A DNA stretch of 38,651 nt. It comes from an archaeon. GTDB lineage: Archaea > Nanobdellota > Nanobdellia > Pacearchaeales > GW2011-AR1. Location: assembly GCA_043797265.1 (NCBI GenBank), contig JAZDPV010000007.1:1-38651 (forward strand). The letters are read 5' to 3'. A model generated the notes under the pieces. It saw only the letters and a list, made by a program, of their open reading frames with translations, did no database searches and had not been told where the DNA came from. The stretch's first letter is position 1. Each line of letters starts with the position of its first letter. A program made the position numbers and the translations under genes. This document shows, one piece after another, positions 18,351 through 28,138 of this stretch.

Positions 18351-18932
18351 TTAATTTGCTTTTTCAAAAGTAATATCTTTGTAGGATGCTTGTAATCCTA
18401 TTCCTCTTGAACATTCAGAATTAATCGGCATATCATAACCAACAATCTTAGCATTTTTTACTTTAACAATAATAGGAACATTATCTTCAACTCCAAGAGC
18501 ATCTAATTTTTCTTTTAAAGCTTGAGCAGATACTGAAGAATCTTGAGTTTCTTCATCTTCTGTAATTGAAATTCCTGTCCAGAAGTTGTTACTCCCTATA
18601 TCCATATATTCTTTAGAATCCTTTGGAATATTTTCATCTAGATAAATTATTTGTATATTGGAGTGAGCCATTCCAGTACCTTTAAGCCCTCTTAATTCAT
18701 TCATAAAAATCATATTATAACCAATAACATCAACAGTTTCTCCCTCGCAAGGCATTGGAATATTACAAGTTTTTTCAGTTTGTAATCCACAAAAAGAATA
18801 TAAATCAGTAGTAGTAATGAAATCTCCAGTAGTTGGTTCTGGTTTTTCTGGATTCAAATAAATGTAAGCTCCAACAATAACTACAATTAAAACTATACCG
18901 ATAATTGTTGTTATTAAAATATTTTTCTTCAT
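18351..18932 (-). CDS. Membrane-anchored hypothetical protein, atypical composition
   Basis: N-terminal TM; AT-rich and lacks the strand skew of its neighbours. Confidence 0.75.
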   Translation of the reverse strand: MKKNILITTIIGIVLIVVIVGAYIYLNPEKPEPTTGDFITTTDLYSFCGLQTEKTCNIPMPCEGETVDVIGYNMIFMNELRGLKGTGMAHSNIQIIYLDENIPKDSKEYMDIGSNNFWTGISITEDEETQDSSVSAQALKEKLDALGVEDNVPIIVKVKNAKIVGYDMPINSECSRGIGLQASYKDITFEKAN

Positions 18933-19194
18933 AATTTAAGTAAAGAAAACATATTTATAAAGATTTGCGAAGCTTCAAGAGGAATTGAAGTGAAATTAAT
19001 CCTCGGCGAAGCCGATAAAATGTCCGAAGGACTAATAACCCCTCAAACTAAATGAAAAATTTGGGTGTAGCGAAGTGAAACCTTTTACCCTTTCTTATAC
19101 AAAGTGCGAAGCATTTTGTTGGTTTTCTTTCAGTTTGATGTAACTTGTTTTTTGTTTTGATTGGATAGTTTTGCGGATTGCAATTGTATTAATA

Positions 19195-19320
19195 ATTAAA
19201 TCTTCTTTCGTATTCTTTGCGGTCGAGCCATTCGAGGATGATTGTGATGATTGTGAGGTTGCCGCCTTCGATTGAGTAGATGAGTCGCCATGCGTCGGTA
19301 ACCGAAGAATATTTAAAGGA
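19195..19320 (-). pseudogene. Remnant of a RelE-like toxin gene
   Basis: Minus-strand frame ...FKYSSVTDAWRLIYSIEGGNLTIITIILEWLDRKEYERRFNY* with an upstream in-frame stop and no start codon. Confidence 0.6.
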
Positions 19321-19379
19321 TTATGATGTTGTGATATTAATATATTCCCCAGCCTTGCCTTGGCGACGCTGGGCAGATT

Positions 19380-20960
19380 TTAAATTTCTGCTTTGTTCTC
19401 TTTCGGCTTCACATAAACTGATTTTTGTTTGGCTTGGATGGCTTTGCGGATTGTGTAGTTGATTGGGTTTTTGATGCCGGGTTCGGGCGGAGAGTTGATG
19501 CCGAATTCTTTGTAGATTGGTTTGTCGTAGTTTGGTGGAAGTCGTTTGTTTTTTAGGAACCAGTTTATTTGAGATTTTATGTAGCCGTCGCGGAGAGGTT
19601 GATAATTTTTTTTGTTCCATCCGGCGATTTCGTTTTCGATGTATTCTTGAGGGAATTCGAGGGTTGTGAAGAAAGACAGGAGGAGAGAGAGTGCTCGTTT
19701 GCGGCCGTCGTCTTTCATGCCTTTGAGAAGTTTTGTTATAATTGGGGGGAACATTGAAGAATTTATTTCTAAATTCTTCAAAGGTATTCGGAGTTCGGAG
19801 TTCGGAGTTCGGTCGGGGGATTGTTTTGGTTTGTTTTCGTTGTGCCAGTCGATTGCGTGTAAGAGCAACTCTTTCGCTTCGTCTTCTTTGGCGTCGGGCA
19901 TGAATGATTTTGTCTGGGCTATTTTTAGTGGGTCAGCGTCGGAGAGTTTGAAATTTTCGATTTGGTCTTTTGTGATTGGGATTGAGGCTAATGCGGTTTT
20001 TTCGTGGAGCGAGTAGGGTGCGCGAAAGAGATGGCGGGATGAAACGAGGACGATGTCGACGGCATCTTGGGTTGATTTTATTTTGTCTTCGACTTTGAAT
20101 TTTGTTTTGTTCGGCCGGAGTTCGCCGCCGTATGAGCTTGTTGCTTCGAGGTTTGCTGTGTTGATTTTGCAGTTTTGGCAGAAATGGATTTCGCGCTGAG
20201 ATACTCGTTTCATTTTGCCGTTGCAGGACGGGCATATCATTTCTTTGCGGTTTGATTTCATTGATTCGACTTCTCCTTTACATTTGACGTCGGGGCATTT
20301 GTAGAGTCCGACTAGTTTTTTTTCGGTTGAGTTCCTGCATTTTGGGCAGATGTGTTCGGATGTTAATTCGCCTTTTTCTTTTAGTTTTTCGCGATTTGTT
20401 AGTTTTAGGATTTCTTGGTTCATTGGCTGCTTGATTCGGTTGAAGAGGTAGGCGGCGATTATTCTTGGCCATTCGGGGAATTTGTTTTTTGTCTGTTCGC
20501 CCGCGAATTCTTTTGGGAATGCTTTGAATGGGATGATGATGTGGAAACCTTTTGAGCCGGAGAATTTGATGCCGTAGTTTTTTACGTCGTGGCGTTCGAG
20601 TTCTTTGATTAGGAGTTTTGCGGCGATTTTTCCGTAGTCGAGGAAGGGGGAGTCGATGTCGATTAGGAAATCCCAACCGGTTCGGGCTTCGTTGTATTGG
20701 ACTGGTGTCATATCGGTGTTAATGTCGAGGGGGTTTTGCCAGATTTCTTCAGAGGTGTGGAATGAGGTCGCGCCTTGTTTTGCGAGGTTGAGAATGTCTT
20801 GAGGGTAGTCGAATGTGTCGGGGCGTTTGCCGAAGAATTTGTTGTTGAAGTTTGGGACGGTTTCGCGGTGCTTGCAGAATTCGAACATTGCTTTTTGGAT
20901 TTCTTTTCTGGCGTAATAAGACTGGGCTATTAGCTGGACTTTTGATGATGGTTCTTCCAT
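19380..20960 (-). CDS. priS: DNA primase, DPANN-type PriS fused to a PriL/PriX-like C-terminal domain, with Zn-ribbon insert
   Basis: Motifs DFLIDID, SGSKGFH and D....SSRHLFRAPYSLH; C-terminal DGRKR..W; four CxxC-type pairs. Confidence 0.9.
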   Translation of the reverse strand: MEEPSSKVQLIAQSYYARKEIQKAMFEFCKHRETVPNFNNKFFGKRPDTFDYPQDILNLAKQGATSFHTSEEIWQNPLDINTDMTPVQYNEARTGWDFLIDIDSPFLDYGKIAAKLLIKELERHDVKNYGIKFSGSKGFHIIIPFKAFPKEFAGEQTKNKFPEWPRIIAAYLFNRIKQPMNQEILKLTNREKLKEKGELTSEHICPKCRNSTEKKLVGLYKCPDVKCKGEVESMKSNRKEMICPSCNGKMKRVSQREIHFCQNCKINTANLEATSSYGGELRPNKTKFKVEDKIKSTQDAVDIVLVSSRHLFRAPYSLHEKTALASIPITKDQIENFKLSDADPLKIAQTKSFMPDAKEDEAKELLLHAIDWHNENKPKQSPDRTPNSELRIPLKNLEINSSMFPPIITKLLKGMKDDGRKRALSLLLSFFTTLEFPQEYIENEIAGWNKKNYQPLRDGYIKSQINWFLKNKRLPPNYDKPIYKEFGINSPPEPGIKNPINYTIRKAIQAKQKSVYVKPKENKAEI

Positions 20961-21197
20961 GGTTAGAATAGGGGATGTTGGTTTTTAGGGTTTGTTGTGG
21001 TTTATAGAAAGAGAAAATAGCTCACGAATGCACATGGATTGACACGGATTTTTTATTTGGATAATTTTATTAGGGAGAATAATTAGCAGGATGAATAGGA
21101 TGAATAGGATTTTGGGTTGATGTAATTTATTTTGGTAATAAATGATGTGATAATTGAGTGTATAAATCTTTAAATAAGGAATTGGAGTTTTGTTAGT

Positions 21198-21920
21198 ATG
21201 ATATTAAAATTGGATGAGCCGAGGTTGTTGGGGGACGCGATTGGGATTATTTCTGAGGTTGTTTCGGAAGTTCGGATAAAACTTTTGGAGGACGGGCTTT
21301 CGATTGTCGCGGTTGACCCGGCGAATGTTGCGCTTGTGATTTTCAAATTGCCGAAGGAAAGTTTCAGCCAGTATGATGCGGGGAACGAGACGTGGGGTGT
21401 TAATCTTGGTGACTTGAAGAAAATTTTGAAGAGGGCGTCGGGTTCGGCGAGTGTTGTTTTTGAGGAGGAGGCGGGGAAGTTGAAGATTACGATTTATGAC
21501 AAGATTAAGCGGGTTTTTGGTTTGTCGTTGATTGATGTGTCGTCGGAGGATAAGGAAATTCCTGAGTTGAATTTTGGAGCGAGGGTTGAGTTAAATGCTG
21601 ATGATTTTGCGCAGGCGGTTGAGGACGCGAGTGTCGTCGCTGATTCGTGTTCGCTTGTCGTAAAGGATGGGAAATTTTTTGTCGAGGGTTCGGGAAATTT
21701 GAACAGCGCGAGGGCGGAATTTTCGGGGGATAATATTGAGTTGTTTGGGGCTGGACGGTCGAAGTTTTCGCTTGAGTATTTGATGAAGTTTATCAAGGCG
21801 GGGAAGATTTCTGGGAAGGTTGTTGTGAACTTGTCTGATGATTATCCGTTGAAGTTGGATTTCCCGGGGGAGAGGATGGGGATTGGGTTTGTTTTGGCGC
21901 CGAGGGTTGAAAACGACTAA
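21198..21920 (+). CDS. pcn: DNA sliding clamp PCNA
   Basis: Motifs AVDPANVAL, SKFSLEYL, DYPL and FVLAPRVE. Confidence 0.95.
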   Translation: MILKLDEPRLLGDAIGIISEVVSEVRIKLLEDGLSIVAVDPANVALVIFKLPKESFSQYDAGNETWGVNLGDLKKILKRASGSASVVFEEEAGKLKITIYDKIKRVFGLSLIDVSSEDKEIPELNFGARVELNADDFAQAVEDASVVADSCSLVVKDGKFFVEGSGNLNSARAEFSGDNIELFGAGRSKFSLEYLMKFIKAGKISGKVVVNLSDDYPLKLDFPGERMGIGFVLAPRVEND

Positions 21921-22060
21921 TCGTTTTCGGTGGTTGTCGGCTTTGCCGATGGGGATACGCGTTTCGCGCGAGGATATACTTTTGTTTCGTAAAAATGGGG
22001 GCACAAAAAATCTTTGATTTTTTGAGGCAAGTATAATGGTGCACGGATTTTAGAAAAGGT

Positions 22061-22106
22061 TTTAAATGGTGTAATATTAAGTATTACTAAGTGGCTTTTA
22101 GTAATA
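22061..22106 (+). promoter_or_regulatory. TATA box plus inverted GTAATA/TATTAC boxes (candidate RHH operator)
   Basis: TTTAAA at 22061-22066; GTAATA at 22071, TATTAC at 22082 and GTAATA at 22101; TATTACTAA-n7-TTAGTAATA palindrome. Confidence 0.6.
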
Positions 22107-22243
22107 TGGTGAAGGAAAGGATTTCGGCGACGGTTGACGGGGAGACGATTGAGAGAATTGAGAGAATTTTGGAAAATGGGCGGTTTCGGAATAAGTCGCA
22201 TGTTATTGAAGAGGCGATTAAGTTGTTGGAGGAAGAGAAATGA
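22106..22243 (+). CDS. Ribbon-helix-helix (CopG/Arc/MetJ-like) regulator (absent from the ORF track)
   Basis: MVKERISATVDGETIERIERILENGRFRNKSHVIEEAIKLLEEEK* (45 aa); ATGA overlap with the next gene. Confidence 0.88.
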   Translation: MVKERISATVDGETIERIERILENGRFRNKSHVIEEAIKLLEEEK

Positions 22244-22986
22244 AGCGTGCTCAGGTTACAATTTTTATTATTGTTGGGATTGTGATTGTCGTCGGGATAA
22301 TAATAATTTTTCTTTTAATGGGAAAGTTTAGCGTGGAGTCGCCGGTTGATTTGGGGCCGAAGGCTTTTGTGAGCAAGTGTGTTCGGGACGCTGTTGAAGA
22401 ATCGGTTGAGAAAATTTTGGCTGGTGGCGGGGAGGTTGCGCCGTCGTATTCTTTGATGTATGACGGGGTTGAGTGGAATTATTTGTGTTATCAGGCGGAT
22501 TATTATTTGACTTGTTATAATTTGGTTCCGATGTTGGAGGCGAGAGTTGAAGATGAGATTCGGCGGGACACGATGGACGATGTGCAGAATTGTTTTGACG
22601 AGATGGCTGTTGATTTTGAAGATAGCGGATTTGATGTGAGCGGGGGTGCGACTGATTATTCGATTGATTTGTTGCCGGGGAAAGTTGATATTAATTTGAG
22701 GAAGAATGTCGAGATTGTGAGAGATGGCGCGGCGCAGAATTTTGAGAACTTTGACACGAGTGTTTTGTCGTCGGTGTATGATTTAGTTCGGGTCGCGAGG
22801 GAGATTGTGAATGCCGAGTCGCAGTATTGTTATTTTGAGTATAATGGTTATATGCTTTTGTATCCTGAGTATGACATAAGAAGGATTGATTATGATGATA
22901 GCAAAATTTATAGATTAATTAAACGAAAAACTGGGGAGGAGTTTAGGTTTGCCGTGAGAAGTTGCGCGTTTGCGCCGGGGATATAA
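22240..22986 (+). CDS. Pilin-like protein, class III signal peptide
   Basis: MKRA/QVTIFIIVGIVIVV...; paralog of 27340..28137. Confidence 0.8.
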   Translation: MKRAQVTIFIIVGIVIVVGIIIIFLLMGKFSVESPVDLGPKAFVSKCVRDAVEESVEKILAGGGEVAPSYSLMYDGVEWNYLCYQADYYLTCYNLVPMLEARVEDEIRRDTMDDVQNCFDEMAVDFEDSGFDVSGGATDYSIDLLPGKVDINLRKNVEIVRDGAAQNFENFDTSVLSSVYDLVRVAREIVNAESQYCYFEYNGYMLLYPEYDIRRIDYDDSKIYRLIKRKTGEEFRFAVRSCAFAPGI

Positions 22987-23019
22987 CGACGCTGCGCGGT
23001 TGTCGGTTGGAAATAAAAG

Positions 23020-26000
23020 ATGGGTAATAAAAAAGTTGTGGCGGGATTTGAATTAGTTGTGATGGTTGCATCTGTGTTTGCTTTCAGCTATTTGGTTGCG
23101 GTGAGCAATGAGGTGTTTGGCGGGGCTGATGTTAATTTGAGAGTTGGCGGATTTGGAAGAGTTGTTGCTAAGGTTGTTGAGATTTTGGGGAAACCGATAA
23201 TTGGGATTGCATCGGCGGAAAGTTGGAACGAGACTCTTGATAGCGGGGATATTTTGATGCACACGACGATGAAAAGCGCGTTTGAGATTTCATCTGATGT
23301 GTTCGGGGCGGGTTGCTGTGCGGTGAGCAAGGATGGATATAAATGTGCGACGACGCTGGATGCGGGTTGCAAAGATGGTGAATCTTTTGCTGAAGGTTCT
23401 GTTTGCGATTCGACTTCGTTTTGCAAGAGAGGTTGTTGTTATGATGAGGAGCTGGGAATTTATGATGCGAATGTTTTGGAACGAGATTGTTCGGCAAGCT
23501 GGGTTGACGACGCTAATTGCAATATGCCGGGAGCCCGGAAGGGATGCTGTGTTCTTGGGGCGGCTTCGATTTATGAAACGCGGGGGCAATGTAGTGTTGA
23601 TAGTTTGACTTTGGCGATGGGGCCTAATGCCGTCGTTGATTGGAGAGTTGATTTGAATTCGGGGCAGTGCGCGATGTTGTCTGCTGTTCAGGAGGAGGGC
23701 GCTTGTGTTATCGGGAATGATTGCAAGTTTGTGAATGAGGGGAATTGTTTTAGTTATGGCGGGGAATTTTATGGTGATGTTTTATGCACTTCTCCTTCTT
23801 TGAATATGTCCTGTAAGAAAACTGACAGAACGACTTGCGTCGACGGGAAAGATGGAGTTTATTTTGTTGACTCCTGCGGGAATGTGGCTAATGTTTATGA
23901 TTCAAAACGAATTAATGATGATAGTTATTGGGATGTTGTCGTTGGTGAAGATGATTTGTGCGGGGCCGGGGATGGGAATGCGAAGTCGAAAAGCTGCGGG
24001 AATTGTAATCGGTTTCTCGGTGGGATTTGTGGCTCGGCGAGCGAGGACGGGTTTAAAGTTGATAATGGGAATTTTTATTGCCGGTCGACGTCGTGCATGT
24101 TTGACGGGAAGAGTTACAAGAACGGGGAATCGTGGTGTGTTTACGACGGTGTGATTGGTGATGGGAACGATGTTGTGGGTTCGCGGCACTGGAAATATGT
24201 TTGTTCGCAGGGGGTCGTGCAGATTGAGCCGTGTGCTGATTACCGGAATCAGATTTGCGTCCAGACAAATACTTTTGATGTCGAGGGGAAAGAGGTGGAG
24301 TTTAGGAATTCGGCTTGTATTGCAAATAATTGGAGGATGTGTCTGGATTTGAATGGGGAGGAAAATGGACTTGAAGAATGTGCAGATAGTTTGAATTGTC
24401 GGATTGATAGTGTCGCTATTGCTGATCATTTTAGTTTTAATGTTTGTGTGCCGAAATATCCGGGCGGGTTTAATTTAAAGAGTGAGAGGTATCAGGGGAC
24501 GGCGGGAAAAATTTGCGACATGGCGGATTTGAGTTGTACCGTTGTTTATGCGCCGAAGACGTGGGGAGGTTGCAAGATTGTCGCGAACAAGGGATGTCTT
24601 AGCGAAACATTTGCGAAAGAGATGAATGATTTTTGCCGAGGGCTTGGGGATTGTGGAGGGGCTGCTAACATTGTCGGAGAATATTCGAGTAGTTACAAGG
24701 TTTTTAATTCGCCGATGCTGGGGCAGGGGGCGATTGATAGGTTGAAAGATTTGGCGACGCCGATTGAGGGGCAATTTGCCGAGGTTGAAGATTATAGTGA
24801 GTATTTGGAGGCGGCGGGGTTGTGGGGCGGGACTGGAGATGTGCCAGAGACGGGAGAGTTGGAAGATTATGGCGGGATGATGACTAATATTGGGATGGGT
24901 GTTGCGGGGATTGGATATGCTGTAGGAGTTATTGTCACGGGAAGCTTTCATCTTACTGGGTTATCTTATGCTGTTCTTTTTTCTTCTGCTTCGGAATTAG
25001 CTCCCTTTGCCGGCGCTGCGATTGGTGCTGGAATTGGGATGATTGCGGGCGCGATGATTGCTGACGCGATGGGGCTTAGTCCGGGGGGTTCGTTGCTGAT
25101 GGCGATTGGGGGAGGAATGGTTGGAGGAATTGTGGGATATTCTATAATAAGTCATGGCGCTGTGCTTTTGGGAATACCCGGACTTGGTTTAATTATATTT
25201 GCAGCGGGTATTATTTTAATTGTGACTTCGCTTTTTTTTGGTGGGGATGATTGTGATAATGTTGTGGTTCGGTTTGATTGTAAGACGTGGTTGGCGCCGA
25301 GTGGGGGTGATGATTGTGATGAGTGTAATGGGGATTTGTTGAAGCCGTGTTCGGAATATCGTTGCAATAGTTTGGGGGCGGCGTGTGAGTTGATAAATAA
25401 AGGGAGTGATAATGAGTTGTGCGTCGAGAATAATCCTGATGATGTTCGGCCGCCGATTTTGAAACCCCGATTGGAAGTGATTTCTGAAAATGAAACATAT
25501 AGCGATATCAGCGACGGTGGTTTTGGTTTGACTAATAAGGATGGCGGTTGTATTGATGCGTATACTCCTTTGATGTTTGGGGTTGCGACTGATGAGCCGG
25601 CGCATTGCAAGTTTGATGTTGAGATGAAAGAGTTTGAGGAGATGAGTTTTGATTTGGGCGGGAATTTTTATCTTTATAATCATACGACGGTGTTTGTGTT
25701 GCCGGACCCGAGTCATGGGCAGAGCCAGGGATTTAATTGGACTGGGGATTTGAATTTTTATATTAAGTGCCGGGACACGCATGGGCATGAGAGTCCGGGG
25801 TTTTATAGTGTTGATATGTGCGTCAGAGAAGGTGAAGATGTGACGGCGCCGATTGTGCGAGCGGTTAGCCCGAAGAATGGCGGAATTGTCGGGTTTAATG
25901 TGACTTCGAAAAATGTTACTATTGTTACTAATGAATTGGCGAGTTGCAAGTGGGACTTGAAAGATGTTGTTTATTCGGAGATGGGGAATGAGATGAGTTG

Positions 26001-26700
26001 TTTGGATAGTTTGAATAGTCCGTCGAATATTCAGGGATATGTTTGTTTGGATGTTTTGCCGACGATGAGCGGGGATAATGTTTATTATGTTAGGTGCGAG
26101 GACCAGCCGTGGATGGATAGCGGGAATGCGAATATTGATAGTTTTGTTTATGAATTAAAGAAGCCGAGCAAGGCGATTGAGATTGACTGGATTGAGCCGA
26201 GCGGGGATTTTGAAATTAATAGTGACATGACGACGATTAGGTTGCAGGTTGAGACGTCGGGTGGCGGGGATGTGCATTATTGTTCTTACTCGTTTTCTGG
26301 GCATGAGACGATGATTAGAATGTTTGAAAGCGGGGGGAAACTTCATGAACAATTTTTGAACAGGCCGGCGGGGTTGCACAAGATTTATGTTGAGTGCGAG
26401 GACGAGACGGGGGATTTTGTGAGAGGGGAAACGAGTTTCAAGATTATCAAGGATAGTTCGACGCCGCAGGTTGCGAGAGTTTGGCAAGATGACGGGAAGT
26501 TGCATGTCGTGACGACGGAGATTGCTGATTGCAGATATTCGACTGAAAGTTGCAAGTTTAACTGGGATGATGGCGAGGTGGCTGGGAATGGGATGGAACA
26601 TATTTTCGGAGTGGTTCGTGGGGATACTTATTATATCAAGTGCGAGGATGAATTTGGGAATGTGCCGTCGGGATGTTCGATAGTTGTTCGTGCTTTGTGA
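23020..26700 (+). CDS. Giant Cys-rich surface protein (1226 aa) with a central Gly-rich hydrophobic region and C-terminal Ig-like repeats
   Basis: N-terminal hydrophobic signal, dozens of Cys (GCC, NGESWC.YD), about four Gly-rich hydrophobic helices near aa 620-740, and repeated T.E.A.C...Y(Y/I).C.D..G modules. Confidence 0.85.
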   Translation: MGNKKVVAGFELVVMVASVFAFSYLVAVSNEVFGGADVNLRVGGFGRVVAKVVEILGKPIIGIASAESWNETLDSGDILMHTTMKSAFEISSDVFGAGCCAVSKDGYKCATTLDAGCKDGESFAEGSVCDSTSFCKRGCCYDEELGIYDANVLERDCSASWVDDANCNMPGARKGCCVLGAASIYETRGQCSVDSLTLAMGPNAVVDWRVDLNSGQCAMLSAVQEEGACVIGNDCKFVNEGNCFSYGGEFYGDVLCTSPSLNMSCKKTDRTTCVDGKDGVYFVDSCGNVANVYDSKRINDDSYWDVVVGEDDLCGAGDGNAKSKSCGNCNRFLGGICGSASEDGFKVDNGNFYCRSTSCMFDGKSYKNGESWCVYDGVIGDGNDVVGSRHWKYVCSQGVVQIEPCADYRNQICVQTNTFDVEGKEVEFRNSACIANNWRMCLDLNGEENGLEECADSLNCRIDSVAIADHFSFNVCVPKYPGGFNLKSERYQGTAGKICDMADLSCTVVYAPKTWGGCKIVANKGCLSETFAKEMNDFCRGLGDCGGAANIVGEYSSSYKVFNSPMLGQGAIDRLKDLATPIEGQFAEVEDYSEYLEAAGLWGGTGDVPETGELEDYGGMMTNIGMGVAGIGYAVGVIVTGSFHLTGLSYAVLFSSASELAPFAGAAIGAGIGMIAGAMIADAMGLSPGGSLLMAIGGGMVGGIVGYSIISHGAVLLGIPGLGLIIFAAGIILIVTSLFFGGDDCDNVVVRFDCKTWLAPSGGDDCDECNGDLLKPCSEYRCNSLGAACELINKGSDNELCVENNPDDVRPPILKPRLEVISENETYSDISDGGFGLTNKDGGCIDAYTPLMFGVATDEPAHCKFDVEMKEFEEMSFDLGGNFYLYNHTTVFVLPDPSHGQSQGFNWTGDLNFYIKCRDTHGHESPGFYSVDMCVREGEDVTAPIVRAVSPKNGGIVGFNVTSKNVTIVTNELASCKWDLKDVVYSEMGNEMSCLDSLNSPSNIQGYVCLDVLPTMSGDNVYYVRCEDQPWMDSGNANIDSFVYELKKPSKAIEIDWIEPSGDFEINSDMTTIRLQVETSGGGDVHYCSYSFSGHETMIRMFESGGKLHEQFLNRPAGLHKIYVECEDETGDFVRGETSFKIIKDSSTPQVARVWQDDGKLHVVTTEIADCRYSTESCKFNWDDGEVAGNGMEHIFGVVRGDTYYIKCEDEFGNVPSGCSIVVRAL

Positions 26701-26734
26701 TAGAATTTATAAATAAGAGATGATTGGGATAGGG

Positions 26735-27034
26735 ATGAAGAAAGGGTTGGACAAGAATGGGATAATTGACAGGCTGAAGGAAAGCCGGGATGAGTTGAAA
26801 AAATATGGGACGGTTCGTATTGGGTTGTTTGGTTCGTATTTGAAAGGGGAGCAAAAAGGTAGAAGTGATATTGATTTTTTGGTTGTTCTTGATGAAAATA
26901 CTTTTGATAATTATTTTGGATTGTGGGCTTTTTTAGAGAAAGTTTTCGCGAAAAAAATTGATTTGGTTATCGAGAAAGGATTGAAACCTGAATTAAATTC
27001 CGTGAAAGAAGAGGCAATTTATGTTGAGGTCTAA
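26735..27034 (+). CDS. MNT nucleotidyltransferase antitoxin
   Basis: LFGSYLKGEQKGRSDIDFLV; TATA box at 26706-26713. Confidence 0.92.
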   Translation: MKKGLDKNGIIDRLKESRDELKKYGTVRIGLFGSYLKGEQKGRSDIDFLVVLDENTFDNYFGLWAFLEKVFAKKIDLVIEKGLKPELNSVKEEAIYVEV

Positions 27035-27350
27035 GTTGTATTTTAGTCAGATTCTTAGGATGATTAATCTTATCGAGAAGCATAGAGAAGATGGTTTAGA
27101 TGATGAACAAAATTGGGACGCGACTCTGATGAGGTTGCAAGTTATTGGGGAAAATATTGGGAAGATTCCGATGGGAGTTAGGAAGAGGTATCCCGATATT
27201 GAATGGGATAAGTTTAAGAATTTGAGAAATATTATTAGTCATGTATACATTGGGGTTTTGAAGGAAGTGGTGAAGGATACTATCGAAAATAAACTCCCGA
27301 GGTTGGGAATTGAAATAAAAAATATAATGGAGAAATTAAATGAAAAATAG
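27021..27350 (+). CDS. HEPN (DUF86) toxin
   Basis: Motifs LQVIGE and RNIISHVY. Confidence 0.9.
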   Translation: MLRSKLYFSQILRMINLIEKHREDGLDDEQNWDATLMRLQVIGENIGKIPMGVRKRYPDIEWDKFKNLRNIISHVYIGVLKEVVKDTIENKLPRLGIEIKNIMEKLNEK

Positions 27351-28137
27351 AGGGCAGGTCACATCGCTTCGCGAGAATTCAGGTTTCAGAATTCAGAATT
27401 CAGAACGACGGGGACAAGTTACGATTTTTATTATTGTCGCGATTGTGATTGTGGCGGTGGTCATTGTTTTTCTTTTGTGGGTTCAGCCGACTTATTTTTC
27501 TGAGACGGGAAGGGGGTTAGGCTTTGAAGGATGCGTTGGTGATGCGGTTGAGCAGGCGGTTGACGAGTTAGGGTTGAAGGCCGGGTTCGTTAATCCAGGT
27601 TTTAGTTATACATATGATGGGGAGGAATTTGTTTATTTGTGTTATACGAAGGAATATTATGAGACGTGCACGGTGCAGGTGCCTTTTTTGAAAAATGTTT
27701 TTGAGAAGCAGATGGAGAGTTTGATTAGGAGCAAGATTGATAGTTGCTATGCTAATTCCGTCGGTGATTTGGTGGCGCAGGGTTATGATGTTGTCGGTGG
27801 TGTTGTTGATTATGATGTCTTGATTGAACCGGGAGTCGTGAGAGTTGAGATTGATGCGCCGACGAGTGTTGGCTCGCAGGGGTTTTCCCGATTTAATGTC
27901 AGGGTTAATTCGCCGATTTATGATATGATTATGATTGCGACTTCGATTTTGCAATATGAGTCGTCGCTGGGCGATTCTGATATTGATACTCTTATGATTT
28001 TTTATCCTGATTATATTATTGACAAATTAAAGCAGGGAGATGGGACGACAGTTTATATTGTGGAGAATAAAATTTCGGGAAATAAATTTCAGTTTGCGTC
28101 GAGAAGTTTGGCGTGGCCGGCGGGATATTTGAGATGA
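27340..28137 (+). CDS. Pilin-like protein, class III signal peptide (duplicated RGQVT)
   Basis: MKNRGQVT...ERRG/QVTIFIIVAIVIV; shares YLCY and F.FA.RS with 22240..22986. Confidence 0.8.
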   Translation: MKNRGQVTSLRENSGFRIQNSERRGQVTIFIIVAIVIVAVVIVFLLWVQPTYFSETGRGLGFEGCVGDAVEQAVDELGLKAGFVNPGFSYTYDGEEFVYLCYTKEYYETCTVQVPFLKNVFEKQMESLIRSKIDSCYANSVGDLVAQGYDVVGGVVDYDVLIEPGVVRVEIDAPTSVGSQGFSRFNVRVNSPIYDMIMIATSILQYESSLGDSDIDTLMIFYPDYIIDKLKQGDGTTVYIVENKISGNKFQFASRSLAWPAGYLR

Positions 28138-28138
28138 A

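Noticed and set aside
22134-22331. 65-aa ORF in the track
   Set aside because: Out of frame with the RHH gene (22106..22243) and the pilin-like gene, which better explain the region.
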